In this document: positions 21,410 through 31,482 of the stretch, in pieces
How the letters are laid out: every line of letters begins with the position of its first letter
How positions within the stretch are numbered: the first letter of the stretch is position 1
Assembly (NCBI GenBank): GCA_963695545.1
Contig: OY968796.1
Location: forward strand, 3,328,001 to 3,392,000
DNA: 64,000 nt
Direction: 5' to 3'
Source: Terriglobia bacterium
GTDB taxonomy: Bacteria > Acidobacteriota > Terriglobia > Acidiferrales > UBA7541
Position numbers and translations under genes: made by a program
Notes under the pieces: model-generated
Told to the model about the DNA's origin: nothing
The model's database searches: none
What the model saw: the letters and a program-made list of their open reading frames with translations, nothing else

Positions 21410-24400
21410 TTGCCTGACATTCCTCCACCGGCTCCTGATCCGGCCGCCCCGCCGCCGGACGATCCCATCACCACTCGGCCTCTCGCGCCGCTGATTCTGA
21501 TTTCCATGTTCGTCTTGATGCTGACGGTAACCTGGTCGCTCTACGACGAATTCTTCGGCCTGCGTCCTTGGCGCGATTATCAATCGCGATTTGTCGCGGC
21601 CTACGTTCCTTATCTCGAGTCGCAGAAGTCGGCGCGCATGAAAGAAGAAGCCGCGCTCTACGCCACGCCGGAATATCAACGGCTCAAGGCCGCCGCTGAC
21701 GCCGCCTCCGAGGCCGTTGCTCCGCTCGATCATCAAAACACTCTTGACGTGGATCTTCTCGATCAGCAGCGCGCCGCGATGACCCCCGCCTTCCAAACCT
21801 CGCGCGGTTTGGTCGGCTCGCTCACCTATCAGCTCGAGCAAATCCCGGAATCCGACAAGAGCGCCAAGGAATCGAAGCTCAAGGATTTGAACGATGCCAC
21901 GGCCAAGACGTTCGACGTTGCTTGGCCCGTCTCCGCCACCGAGATTCAGCACCGGCAAATGAATTACACCCAGCTCAATCAAACCTTTACGGACTTGATG
22001 GCCGCCAAAGCCGCCAAAATCGCCGCCCGCGGCGACGCCGATCAATCGATGAAAGACGCCCAGGCGGCACTCGCGGATTTCGTGAAAACGAAATTGCCCG
22101 GCCTCGGCTCCGCCGATCTTGAAGGCCTCATCAACAGTGTCAGCGACATGGATATCCACCTGCGCCAGATCAACGTCAATCCCGCAGGCACGCAGCTCAA
22201 TTATCTTGGCGGCGCGGGGCTCGTCGATCGCTGCCAATCCTGCCACGTGGGCATCGACCCGCTTATCGTGCCCGTCACCATGACGTTGACCAAGGCCGAT
22301 TTAGGCCTCCAGCACAGCGATGACGCACCCTTCGCCAGCCATCCTGATCCGGATCTGCTGAAGTATCACCCACTTGAAAAATTCGGCTGCTCGCCGTGTC
22401 ACGGCGGCAATGGCCGCGCGCTCGACACCGTCGAGAAAGCTCACGGTCGTTACGAGCACTGGCTCTGGCCCCTCTACTATCCGGAAAACGAGGAAGCGGG
22501 CTGCCAGCAATGCCACGCATTAGATATGGTCACTGAGCACGGCCCCGTGATTACGCGCGCCCGCGAACTCTATCGCATCAAAGGCTGCATCGGGTGCCAT
22601 CTCTATCAGGGCTTCGACAATCAGGATGAACAACTCGTCTCTACGCGCCAGCAGATTTTGCAGCTCGCCGCGGACAAAGAAGCCGACCAGTTGCGGATCG
22701 GCCAGCTCAACAAAATGGGCGACGCCGCCACTTCCAACGACGCCGCGAACGCCCTTTATCAGCAGGCCACCAACCTCACTTTGACGATCAGCCGCATGGA
22801 CGCGCAGTCGGAGCAACTCGAAGATTTCTCCGCCAACTTGCTCAGAGACGTCAAGAAGGTCGGCCCGGATCTAAAAGAAGTCCGCGTGAAGTTGCGCCCC
22901 GAATGGATTCCATATTGGATCGGTCACACGCGCGAATTCCGTCCCACCACGAAAATGCCGCAGTTCCGCTTGCAGCAGGACGAAATCGAAGCCATCGCCG
23001 CGTTCATCTGGCAATCCGGCATCGAGGGCCCCGCGTTGCCCACGCAGGCCCCCGGCGATCCGGCGAAGGGGAAAATAGCGCTTGAAACGCGCGGTTGCCT
23101 CGCCTGCCATTCCATCGGCGAAGGGTCGCAGATGATCGGCGGAGATTTCGCCGCGAATCTCAGCCGCATCGGCGAAAAAGAAAACTACGATTATCTGGTC
23201 CGCTGGATTCACAATCCGCGCGATCGCACGCGCCCCTACGATCCCTACGTGCATCGCGATCTTGGGCCCGAAGATTATGCGAAGGCCGGTCTGCCGTTTG
23301 TCTTCGATCTTGATCATTCGCGCAGTCCCGTCGATGGGCACGAACTCGTCGTCGAGCAGCCCACCATCATGCCCAGTCTTCGTCTGTCATGGGATGAATC
23401 GCGCGACATCGCCAGCTACTTGATGACTCAGAAGCACGCCGACGCCAGCTATCCGCCCGCGCCCTATCTCAACGATCCGAATCTCAAGGCCAAGGGTTTG
23501 GCGCTCGTGAAGCACTACGGTTGCGCCGGCTGCCACGAAATTTCCGGTCTCGAAGAAGAAGGCCGCATCGGTACCGAACTTACGAATGAAGGCAGCAAGC
23601 CGATCGAGCGCCTCGATTTCGCGCTCTTCACCGAAGACGCCAAAGAGGGCGTCCTGCCCGACGGGAAAGAATCCCCGCGTGGCGCTTGGTATGACCTCAA
23701 GGGTTTCTTCGAGCAGAAGCTCGCCGATCCAGCCGTCTTCGATCGCGGCAAATACAAACCCGATCCGATGGATCGCTTGCGCATGCCCAAGCCGAATCTC
23801 ACCTCCGACGATGTCAACAAGTTGACCACGCTCCTGCTCGGCTCCGTCGATCCGGCGCTGCCGCCTCAATATATGTACACGCCGGCCGATCAGCGCGCCG
23901 CGATCCAAAAGGGCTGGTGGCTGGTCACCAAATACAACTGCATCGGCTGCCATCAGATCGACGTCGGCCAAAGCTCCGTTCTCATGGGCCTTCCGCAGTA
24001 TCAGGGCGACAACAAAGCCAATTTGCCGCCTGAGCTCGTCACGGAAGGCGCGCGCGTGAATCCCGAATGGCTCAAAGGTTTTCTCGCGAACCCGGCGCTC
24101 AGCGACACAGACACCGATCGCGACGGCGTGCGCTCGTATCTGCAGGTGCGCATGCCCACTTTCTTTCTCTCCGACGACGAGATCCGCACGCTCGTTCTAT
24201 TTTTCGAGGCGCTCTCCAGTCAGCAGCAGCCGTTCATTCCTCCGCATCTAGAGCCGCTGACGACCGCCGAAGTCGGCATGGCGCGCGATTTGTTCACCAG
24301 CCCCGCTGCGCCTTGCCTGAAATGCCACATGACCGGCAACGCCGCGCACGACAAGACCGCCATCGCGCCCGATTTTCTCCTCGCGAAGGATCGCCTGCGT

Positions 24401-24658
24401 CCCGCGTGGGTCGAACGTTGGATCACCGACCCCGCGCTCATCGCTCCCGGCACAGCTATGCCTTCGGGTCTTTTCCATCAGGAAGATGGCCGCTGGGTAT
24501 TCTCCGGTCCTGTGCCGCCCGCGATGCACGCCTACGAAGGCGACAACGCCGACCTGCTCGTGCGCTATATGTTTGAGCTAACGCCTGCGGAGGAGCACGC
24601 CTTACTCGGCCGCACGCCTTCAGGCGGAGGCGGCGGAAGCGGAGGAGCAGGGAAGTAG
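21410..24658 (+). CDS. Membrane-anchored multiheme cytochrome c (8 CxxCH)
   Basis: CQSCH, CSPCH, CQQCH, CIGCH, CLACH, CAGCH, CIGCH, CLKCH; N-terminal TM. Confidence 0.92.
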   Translation: MPDIPPPAPDPAAPPPDDPITTRPLAPLILISMFVLMLTVTWSLYDEFFGLRPWRDYQSRFVAAYVPYLESQKSARMKEEAALYATPEYQRLKAAADAASEAVAPLDHQNTLDVDLLDQQRAAMTPAFQTSRGLVGSLTYQLEQIPESDKSAKESKLKDLNDATAKTFDVAWPVSATEIQHRQMNYTQLNQTFTDLMAAKAAKIAARGDADQSMKDAQAALADFVKTKLPGLGSADLEGLINSVSDMDIHLRQINVNPAGTQLNYLGGAGLVDRCQSCHVGIDPLIVPVTMTLTKADLGLQHSDDAPFASHPDPDLLKYHPLEKFGCSPCHGGNGRALDTVEKAHGRYEHWLWPLYYPENEEAGCQQCHALDMVTEHGPVITRARELYRIKGCIGCHLYQGFDNQDEQLVSTRQQILQLAADKEADQLRIGQLNKMGDAATSNDAANALYQQATNLTLTISRMDAQSEQLEDFSANLLRDVKKVGPDLKEVRVKLRPEWIPYWIGHTREFRPTTKMPQFRLQQDEIEAIAAFIWQSGIEGPALPTQAPGDPAKGKIALETRGCLACHSIGEGSQMIGGDFAANLSRIGEKENYDYLVRWIHNPRDRTRPYDPYVHRDLGPEDYAKAGLPFVFDLDHSRSPVDGHELVVEQPTIMPSLRLSWDESRDIASYLMTQKHADASYPPAPYLNDPNLKAKGLALVKHYGCAGCHEISGLEEEGRIGTELTNEGSKPIERLDFALFTEDAKEGVLPDGKESPRGAWYDLKGFFEQKLADPAVFDRGKYKPDPMDRLRMPKPNLTSDDVNKLTTLLLGSVDPALPPQYMYTPADQRAAIQKGWWLVTKYNCIGCHQIDVGQSSVLMGLPQYQGDNKANLPPELVTEGARVNPEWLKGFLANPALSDTDTDRDGVRSYLQVRMPTFFLSDDEIRTLVLFFEALSSQQQPFIPPHLEPLTTAEVGMARDLFTSPAAPCLKCHMTGNAAHDKTAIAPDFLLAKDRLRPAWVERWITDPALIAPGTAMPSGLFHQEDGRWVFSGPVPPAMHAYEGDNADLLVRYMFELTPAEEHALLGRTPSGGGGGSGGAGK

Positions 24659-24769
24659 CGTCCGCCGGCGCGACCGGGCTAAATCGAGAAACAAGACGTG
24701 ACACACGACATTGAAGATTGAAGTAAGATAACGCGCAGTACAGGATCAACAGGAGGCAAGTCGCTCGCC

Positions 24770-25579
24770 ATGAATCGCAAATATCAGTTGTCTTTGTTAA
24801 TTGCAGCCGCTCTCGTTTTCGCCGCCGCCGGCTGCGGCAATAAATCCAGCAGCGAATCCGGCTCGGAATCGAGTTCCACATCCGCGCCCGCCGCACCCGC
24901 CGGCAAGACCGTCGATCCGACCACTGCCGGTGAGATTTCCGGCATGGTGACTCTCGACGGCACGCCGCCGAAAATGAAGCCCATCAACATGTCGCAGGAA
25001 GCCGCTTGCGCCAATCAGCATCCCACGCCGGCCTTGAGCGAAGAAGTCGTCACCGGCGACAAGGGCGCGCTGGCCAACGTCATCGTCTACGTCACCTCGG
25101 GAGCCGAAGATTATTCCTTCCCGACGCCTTCCGATCCCGTCGAAATCGATCAGAAGGGTTGCCAATATCATCCGCACGTTCTTGGCTTACAAGCTGGCCA
25201 GCCATTGTCCGTCGTGAATAGCGATCCCACCACGCACAACATTCATCCCGGCCCCAAGGACAATCGCGAATGGAACGAGTCCCAGCCGCCCGGCTCCGCG
25301 CCGATCACCCAGAGTTTCGCGCGCCCCGAAGTGCCGATCCCGGTGAAGTGCAACATTCACCCGTGGATGAAGGCCTACATCGGCGTGTTCGCCAACCCGT
25401 ATTTCCAGGTGACCGGCAAAGACGGCGCCTTCGATCTCAAGGATTTGCCGCCCGGCACCTACACGATCGTCGCCTGGCAGGAGCTGTATGGCGCAAGCGA
25501 CCCACAGACCGTAACCATTGGCCCCAAGGAAACGAAGACGGTCAACTTCGTCTTTAAAGCCACGGCCGCCGGAGACTGA
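24770..25579 (+). CDS. Lipoprotein with cupredoxin-like and carboxypeptidase-regulatory-like domains
   Basis: Lipobox AAGC; HNIH and CNIHPWM, resembling a type-1 copper ligand set. Confidence 0.75.
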   Translation: MNRKYQLSLLIAAALVFAAAGCGNKSSSESGSESSSTSAPAAPAGKTVDPTTAGEISGMVTLDGTPPKMKPINMSQEAACANQHPTPALSEEVVTGDKGALANVIVYVTSGAEDYSFPTPSDPVEIDQKGCQYHPHVLGLQAGQPLSVVNSDPTTHNIHPGPKDNREWNESQPPGSAPITQSFARPEVPIPVKCNIHPWMKAYIGVFANPYFQVTGKDGAFDLKDLPPGTYTIVAWQELYGASDPQTVTIGPKETKTVNFVFKATAAGD

Positions 25580-25704
25580 ACGCCCAAACTACGCCGGCGC
25601 GGCCCGAACGCACCAGAACGCCAAAGCCGTGCGGAGCGACGCTCAAACCAACCGCTCCGCACGGCTTTATTTATGAAAGCAGATTCGCTACTCTGTGATT
25701 TGAC

Positions 25705-26637
25705 GTGACCACCCAATCCCAACCGGCCCTGCACCGTTTCGCCGTCTTCACGGCGTGCTGTACGTTCGCGTTGCTCATCGCCGGCGCGCTCGTCACCTCC
25801 AACGACGCAGGCCTCTCCGTTCCCGATTGGCCGCTGGCCTACGGTAGATTGGTGCCGCCAATGTTAGTGGGCGGAATCGTTTACGAATACAGCCATCGCG
25901 TCATCGCCACGTTCGTCGGCACGCTAACCGTCATCTTGGCCGTGTGGCTGTTGCTCCGCGAACCGCGCCGATGGGTTCGCTGGGTCGGTGGCGCCGCGCT
26001 CGGCGCGGTGGTGGCGCAGGGTTTGCTCGGCGGCATGACCGTTCTTTTCTTCCAGCCGCCCGCTGTTTCGACGGCTCACGCCACGCTCGCGCAGATTTTC
26101 TTTTGCACGCTCGTCAGTCTCGTTGTCTTCACCGGAAGCTGGTGGCAAAGCGATTTGCCTGCGATCGAATCTGTCGACGCCGCGCGCATCGAATCCCTCG
26201 CGCATTGGACCGTCGCCGCCGTATTTCTGCAATTGATCCTCGGCGCCGCGTTCCGTCATCGTGCATTCGGTTTGGTGCCGCACCTGATCGGCGCGGTGGT
26301 CGTGCTGCTTCTGATCTTCCGCCTCGCGGGCACGCTGAAACGCGAGTTCCCAAACTCGCGCGTGTTGCGCGGCTGCGCCCGCGCGCTGCATATCCTGATC
26401 GGCGTGCAATTGCTTCTCGGCGGAGCCTCGTGGTGGGCCCTTGGCTACGCCGCATCGTTTCCGCAGCCCGTTCTCATCACCGTTGTTTTGACGGTCGCGC
26501 ACGTGGTCACCGGCGCCCTGGTCCTCGCCGCCACCGTCGTCACCACGCTCATTTGCCATCGCCTGTTGCGCCCCCTCGCGCAGAGCGCCGTCGCGCACAC
26601 CGAGCCGGTATCCGTCGGCACGGAGCAAACCGCATGA
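25705..26637 (+). CDS. ctaA: Heme A synthase (COX15/CtaA family)
   Basis: AGLSVPDWP, EYSHR, QGLLGG, conserved His in TM helices. Confidence 0.9.
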   Translation: MTTQSQPALHRFAVFTACCTFALLIAGALVTSNDAGLSVPDWPLAYGRLVPPMLVGGIVYEYSHRVIATFVGTLTVILAVWLLLREPRRWVRWVGGAALGAVVAQGLLGGMTVLFFQPPAVSTAHATLAQIFFCTLVSLVVFTGSWWQSDLPAIESVDAARIESLAHWTVAAVFLQLILGAAFRHRAFGLVPHLIGAVVVLLLIFRLAGTLKREFPNSRVLRGCARALHILIGVQLLLGGASWWALGYAASFPQPVLITVVLTVAHVVTGALVLAATVVTTLICHRLLRPLAQSAVAHTEPVSVGTEQTA

Positions 26638-27527
26638 GCACTGTCCGCGCCGTTCCGGCCGCCGGGCTCTCGCGCCCCGCGGCCTACTATTCGCTCACCA
26701 AACCCGACGTCTCGCTTCTCGTCGTGCTCACCACGCTCGGCGGTTACGCCCTCGGTTCGCGCGGTCCGATGGATTGGCTACGCATGGCCCACACCGTCTT
26801 CGGCACGCTTCTCGTCGCCGCCGGCACCTCCGCGCTCAATCATTACATCGAGCGCGAGTCCGACGCTCACATGCGCCGCACCGCCGGACGGCCGCTGCCT
26901 TCAGGTGCTCTGCGCCCCCCCGAAGCCCTGGCCTTCGGCGCCGCGCTCCTCGCCGCGGGTGGTCTGTATCTGATTTTGGCGACAAATGCGCTCGCCACAT
27001 TCGTCGCGCTAGCCGCCTCCGCCAGCTATCTCCTGATCTATACGCCGCTCAAATCCCGCACCACCTGGGCCACGCTTATCGGTGGTTTCCCCGGCGCCGC
27101 GCCGCCGCTCGTCGGTTGGGCGGCCGCGCGAGGAAGTCTCGATCGCGACGCTTGGATTCTTTTCGCCATCGCGTTCCTCTGGCAGATCCCGCACTTCCAC
27201 GCCATCGCCTGGATTTACCGCGAGGATTACGCGCGCGCCGGCATCAAAATGTTGCCCGTCGTCGATCGCGCCGGCACCCGAACCTTTCGCCAGATTTTAC
27301 TCGCCGCCGCCGTGCTCATCCCCGTTAGTCTTTTGCCCGCAGTCACTGGCCTTGCCAGCGTGCGCTACTTTTTTGGCGCCGGCGTCGTCGGCATTCTTGT
27401 CGTGGCCCTTTGCCTGTGGGCCGCGGCCGAAAAAACCAATCTCCGCGCCAAATGGCTGATGCACGCAACCGTCGTGCAGCTGCCCGTTTTGCTCGCTCTG
27501 CTTTGGTGGGACAAAATTCCGCACTGA
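26634..27527 (+). CDS. ctaB: Protoheme IX farnesyltransferase (heme O synthase)
   Basis: LTKP, DAHMRRTAGRPLPSG, YTPLK, WQIPHF, DYARAG. Confidence 0.95.
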   Translation: MSTVRAVPAAGLSRPAAYYSLTKPDVSLLVVLTTLGGYALGSRGPMDWLRMAHTVFGTLLVAAGTSALNHYIERESDAHMRRTAGRPLPSGALRPPEALAFGAALLAAGGLYLILATNALATFVALAASASYLLIYTPLKSRTTWATLIGGFPGAAPPLVGWAAARGSLDRDAWILFAIAFLWQIPHFHAIAWIYREDYARAGIKMLPVVDRAGTRTFRQILLAAAVLIPVSLLPAVTGLASVRYFFGAGVVGILVVALCLWAAAEKTNLRAKWLMHATVVQLPVLLALLWWDKIPH

Positions 27528-27541
27528 GGTCGCCAATCGAT

Positions 27542-27817
27542 ATGGCTGAAAAATCCGACACGAAGGAAAAGATGAGCACCGGAGAATTGCTCGAGCTGCT
27601 CGGAATGAGCCTGGTCATCGTGCTGCTGGCCGTCGCCGGCCTCGCATCCGATTTCCTCACGCATCTGCTCAGCTCGATGGATGGCCTCCTGCTCTTCATG
27701 ATCTGCCTGTTGATGGGCGGAGTCTTCTCGCTGATGCTCTTGATGTACGCGAACGACGCCGGATGGCTCCCCAAGCGCCGCCGCAAATCGCCGGACGCCG
27801 CGGCCGAATCGAAGTAG
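27542..27817 (+). CDS. Small two-TM hypothetical protein
   Basis: GAGG upstream, two hydrophobic helices, fills the gap after ctaB. Confidence 0.65.
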   Translation: MAEKSDTKEKMSTGELLELLGMSLVIVLLAVAGLASDFLTHLLSSMDGLLLFMICLLMGGVFSLMLLMYANDAGWLPKRRRKSPDAAAESK

Positions 27818-27828
27818 CCGCCGGGCCT

Positions 27829-27928
27829 CGCGGAGCGCATTGCTTTACCGGTCTGCGCGGAGCGCATTGCTTCACCGGCCTGCGCGGAGCGCATTGCTTT
27901 ACCGGTCTGCGCGGAGCGCATTGCTTTA
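27829..27928. repeat. 27-bp tandem repeat, about 3.7 copies
   Basis: Unit CGCGGAGCGCATTGCTTTACCGGTCTG at 27829, 27856, 27883 and partial at 27910. Confidence 0.95.
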
Positions 27929-27953
27929 AAGGACCTGACAGGAGATCCAGACC

Positions 27954-28382
27954 GTGCCTTCCGCTCCCGCCTGGGACGCCATCCTCAACGGTACCAGCGG
28001 CGTCCTCTTGCTCTGTGGCTACGTCATGATCCGCAAAGGGCGCATCCTCGCGCACAAAACATTCATGATCTCCGCCGTCGTCTGCTCCGCGATTTTCCTC
28101 GTCAATTACGTCGTCTATCATCTCCGCGTCGGAGTGCATCGCTTCCAGGGCCAGGGCGCCATACGCCCGGTCTATTTCACGATCCTCATTTCGCACACCA
28201 TTCTCGCCATCGCCATCGTTCCGCTCGTGATCATCGTTCTCACCCGCGCGCTTCGCGGACAATTCATGCGTCACCGCGCTCTCGCCCGCTGGACGTTTCC
28301 CATCTGGGTCTATGTCTCCATCACCGGAGTCATCGTCTATTTCCTGCTCTATCGACTCTACGCGGCCGGGCCGCACGTTTGA
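27954..28382 (+). CDS. DUF420 family membrane protein
   Basis: HK..M, FLVNYVVYH, ILISHTILA, HRALARWTFPIWVYVSITG. Confidence 0.88.
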   Translation: MPSAPAWDAILNGTSGVLLLCGYVMIRKGRILAHKTFMISAVVCSAIFLVNYVVYHLRVGVHRFQGQGAIRPVYFTILISHTILAIAIVPLVIIVLTRALRGQFMRHRALARWTFPIWVYVSITGVIVYFLLYRLYAAGPHV

Positions 28383-29272
28383 CGACCCCCGTCGATAAGT
28401 ACGTGCCCGCGCCCGTGCCCGTCGCCGAATCCTCCGCGCCGCGCCCAGGAATGAAGCGCCGCTGGCTCTTCGCCATCCTCGCTCTCGTTCTGCTCTTCGT
28501 TCTCATGCCGTTCCTGTTCTGGCAAGCCACATGGTTCGGCCGCCCGCTCACCGATTCCCAAATCGCTGAATACCTCGATCCCACCGCGCGCCCGCGCGAT
28601 ACGCAACATGCCCTCGCGCAAATCGAACAGCGCATCGAAAGTCCCAATGCCGCCGTGAGCGACTCAGCGCGTGCGTGGTATCCGGACATCATCCGCATCA
28701 GCACTCAGGGCGGCCCAGAGCTGCGCCTCACCGCCGCCTGGGTCATGGGCCAGGACAACACCGCGCCCGAATTTCACCAGGCACTTTTGCATCTCTTGAC
28801 CGACCCCGACCCCATGGTTCGCCGCAACGCCGCGCTCGGCCTCGTGCGCTTCGCCGATTCCGCAGGCCACGACGAAATCCTGGCCATGCTCTCGCCCACA
28901 ACGCTCGCCTCGCCGGCTGCCGGCGTTCTCTCCATTCGCGTAAAAACTGGCGACACCGTAAATCCCGGCACGATGGTCGCGCGCGTCACATCCGGCGATC
29001 AAAAGATCGAGCTGCGTTCCCAAATGCCCGGCACCGCCGGCCCCTGGCTAGTCACCGACGGCGCGCAAGTCACCGCCGCCGAGCCTCTCCTCGTGCTCGA
29101 TCCCAGCTCTGATATGGTTTGGGAATCCCTGCGCGCCCTCTACCTGATCGGCCAGCCTTCAGATCTATCCGCCGTAATTTCCTACACGCACCCGCCCGCC
29201 GATTTTCCCGCCAGCATCGCGCAGCAAGCCGCGGCCACAGCCGCAGCGATCCGCTCCCGCGCTCAGCATTAA
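28379..29272 (+). CDS. Membrane-anchored HEAT-repeat protein with a biotinyl/lipoyl-like insert
   Basis: TM, DPDPMVRRNAALGL HEAT repeat, SPAAG...VKTGDTV barrel-sandwich hybrid pattern. Confidence 0.65.
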   Translation: MTTPVDKYVPAPVPVAESSAPRPGMKRRWLFAILALVLLFVLMPFLFWQATWFGRPLTDSQIAEYLDPTARPRDTQHALAQIEQRIESPNAAVSDSARAWYPDIIRISTQGGPELRLTAAWVMGQDNTAPEFHQALLHLLTDPDPMVRRNAALGLVRFADSAGHDEILAMLSPTTLASPAAGVLSIRVKTGDTVNPGTMVARVTSGDQKIELRSQMPGTAGPWLVTDGAQVTAAEPLLVLDPSSDMVWESLRALYLIGQPSDLSAVISYTHPPADFPASIAQQAAATAAAIRSRAQH

Positions 29273-29309
29273 ATTGTTTGGTGAGAACTTGTAAGGAAGG
29301 GAACTACGC

Positions 29310-29687
29310 TCAATACGGCAACGCGCCCTGCTCCGTCTCAAACTCCGCCAGCGGAATCAAATCGATCGCATCCCAAGGGCAGCCTTCAAGGAACGTCCCA
29401 TCCGGCCCCTTGCTCGTGCACAACTTGCATCCGATGCACAACAGCGGATCCACGATAATCCGTCCCATCGGTGGATGATCCGGGTCCGACGCCCAGAACA
29501 TGCAATCTTCCACCGGGCAATAATCCACGCAAGCCGGAGATCCCGCGCATCCCGTGCAGCACTCATTAATCACGGCCAAAATGTGCGGTTTGCGCTTGCG
29601 CTTGTCGTTCCGCCCGGCCGACCGCGGCTCTTCTTTCTCCACTTGGCCCGCGACGTACTCTTCAATGGAAGGCTGTGTGTAAGGCAC
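29310..29687 (-). CDS. 4Fe-4S dicluster ferredoxin
   Basis: CCTGC...CVDYCP and CIGCKLC...GCPWDAI. Confidence 0.88.
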   Translation of the reverse strand: MPYTQPSIEEYVAGQVEKEEPRSAGRNDKRKRKPHILAVINECCTGCAGSPACVDYCPVEDCMFWASDPDHPPMGRIIVDPLLCIGCKLCTSKGPDGTFLEGCPWDAIDLIPLAEFETEQGALPY

Positions 29688-29740
29688 CCGATGTCCTCAC
29701 TTCAAAAGCACGCCCATTTTTGCCGAGCGCACGGTCAATG

Positions 29741-30757
29741 TCAATCGGCAGTAACGCCCTCGAGCGCGCCGACCACCGCATCCGTAAACTCTTCCGTCGA
29801 AGACTTCCCGCCCACATCGCGTGTCAAGTGCCGCCCTTCCCGAAACACGCGCGCCACGGCTTCCTCAATGCGCTGCGCCGCCGGAATCTCATTCAGATAA
29901 TTCAGCATCATCACGGCGCTCAAAATCAGCGCCGTCGGATTCGCGATCCCGCGCCCCGCGATATCGGGCGCCGTGCCATGCACAGCCTCAAACAGCGCCG
30001 CGTGCTCGCCGATATTTCCGCTTCCCACCAGGCCGAGTCCGCCCACCAGGCCCGCGCACAGATCGCTCACCACGTCGCCGTAAAGATTCGGCAGCACCAT
30101 CATGTCGAATTGCTGCGGATTCATCACCAGTTGCATGCAGGTATTGTCCACGATCATTTCCGCGTACCCAATCTCCGGGAATTCCTTGGCGATGCGCCGC
30201 GTCGCGCTCAAAAACATTCCATCGGAAAGCTTCATGATGTTCGCTTTGTGAATCGCGTGAATCTTTTTGCGTCCGATGCGCCGCGCGTACTCAAACGCAA
30301 ATCGCGCAATGCGCGTCGAAGCCTTGTCCGTGATAATTTTCAAACTCTCGACCACTCCCGGCACGATGGTGTGCTCGAGTCCCGCGTAAAGATCCTCGGT
30401 GTTCTCCCGCACCACCACCAAATCCACGCCCTTCCATCGCGAAGGCGCGCCCTCCAGATTCCGCGCCGGCCGCAAATTCGCGTAAAGGTCCAGTTCCTTC
30501 CGCAGCGCCACGTTGATGCTCGGCGGCCCTTCCGCAATCGGTGTGGACATCGGCCCTTTGAGGCCCACGTGGTTGCGCTCGATCGAATCGAGCGCCTCGC
30601 GATGCGGAAATTCTCCTGTCCGCCGCCCCGCCGCCGAAGGCGCCTCAACCACCTCCCAATCGACACCCACCCCCGCCGCCGCGATCACGCGCTGCGTGGC
30701 CTTCGCCACTTCCGGCCCCACTCCATCGCCAGGCAACAATGTGATCGTATGCCGCAT
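29741..30757 (-). CDS. Isocitrate/isopropylmalate dehydrogenase family, NAD-IDH3-like
   Basis: LLPGDGVGPEV, RENTEDLY, HKANIMKLSDG, NLYGD, EAVHGTAPDIAG; start ATG 30757. Confidence 0.92.
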   Translation of the reverse strand: MRHTITLLPGDGVGPEVAKATQRVIAAAGVGVDWEVVEAPSAAGRRTGEFPHREALDSIERNHVGLKGPMSTPIAEGPPSINVALRKELDLYANLRPARNLEGAPSRWKGVDLVVVRENTEDLYAGLEHTIVPGVVESLKIITDKASTRIARFAFEYARRIGRKKIHAIHKANIMKLSDGMFLSATRRIAKEFPEIGYAEMIVDNTCMQLVMNPQQFDMMVLPNLYGDVVSDLCAGLVGGLGLVGSGNIGEHAALFEAVHGTAPDIAGRGIANPTALILSAVMMLNYLNEIPAAQRIEEAVARVFREGRHLTRDVGGKSSTEEFTDAVVGALEGVTAD

Positions 30758-30925
30758 CGAGTCATTGTACGGAAATCGCGCGGTGTTGTCGAAACCAGTG
30801 TCTCCGCCGGTTGCAACCTGACACATCCTGCAGCATCTGATATAATGACCCTGTAGAGCAGTTGGCCAACGATGCCCAGTCACACCCAGGCGCTCTAAGC
30901 GTCTCTCAGCGGAGGATTTAGGACC

Positions 30926-31249
30926 ATGCTGAACGTCACACCGGTTGCGACCGAAAAGGTCAAGGAAATCATGGGGCAGCAGACCCCGGCCCCCACGGCC
31001 CTGCGCGTCGCCGTGGTTGGCGGCGGCTGTTCGGGCTTCTCTTATCACATGGCTTTCGATAGCAAAGAGAATGACACCGACAACGTCTACGAATTTGGCG
31101 GCCTGAAAGTGCTCGTCGATCAGATGAGCGAGATGTATCTCGACGGCGTGCAGATCGACTACGTCGAAACTCTCGAAGGCGCTGGCTTCAAATTCAACAA
31201 TCCCAACGTCAAGAGCACCTGCGGCTGCGGCAGTTCCTTCAGCGTATAA
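30926..31249 (+). CDS. A-type Fe-S carrier (IscA/ErpA/HesB family)
   Basis: GGGCSGFSY and TCGCGSSF. Confidence 0.95.
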   Translation: MLNVTPVATEKVKEIMGQQTPAPTALRVAVVGGGCSGFSYHMAFDSKENDTDNVYEFGGLKVLVDQMSEMYLDGVQIDYVETLEGAGFKFNNPNVKSTCGCGSSFSV

Positions 31250-31270
31250 ACTACGCAATTGCCTTTGCAG

Positions 31271-31311
31271 GGGGCGGAGGTCGCCGCGGCGACTCTTCGC
31301 CCCTTTTTTTT
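31271..31311 (+). terminator. Intrinsic terminator
   Basis: GGGGCG...GTCGCC GC GGCGAC...CGCCCC followed by a T8 run. Confidence 0.8.
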
Positions 31312-31482
31312 GCGCCCGCGCCTCAAGGGTTTCCGAGCGCTAACGCCGCGCCCCGCTTCGCCAAGTTATCTCGGTCGGGACGGGCAGTTCATTTGTCCGC
31401 TTCGCACGTTGCCCCGCATTCTGTGCTTCTGCGACACTTATCGTTCCTTTGAACTTCTGAACCTGTATAATTCGCGGAAACC

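Noticed and set aside
27829..27928. Possible CRISPR array
   Set aside because: Units are contiguous with no unique spacers, and there are no cas genes in the window.
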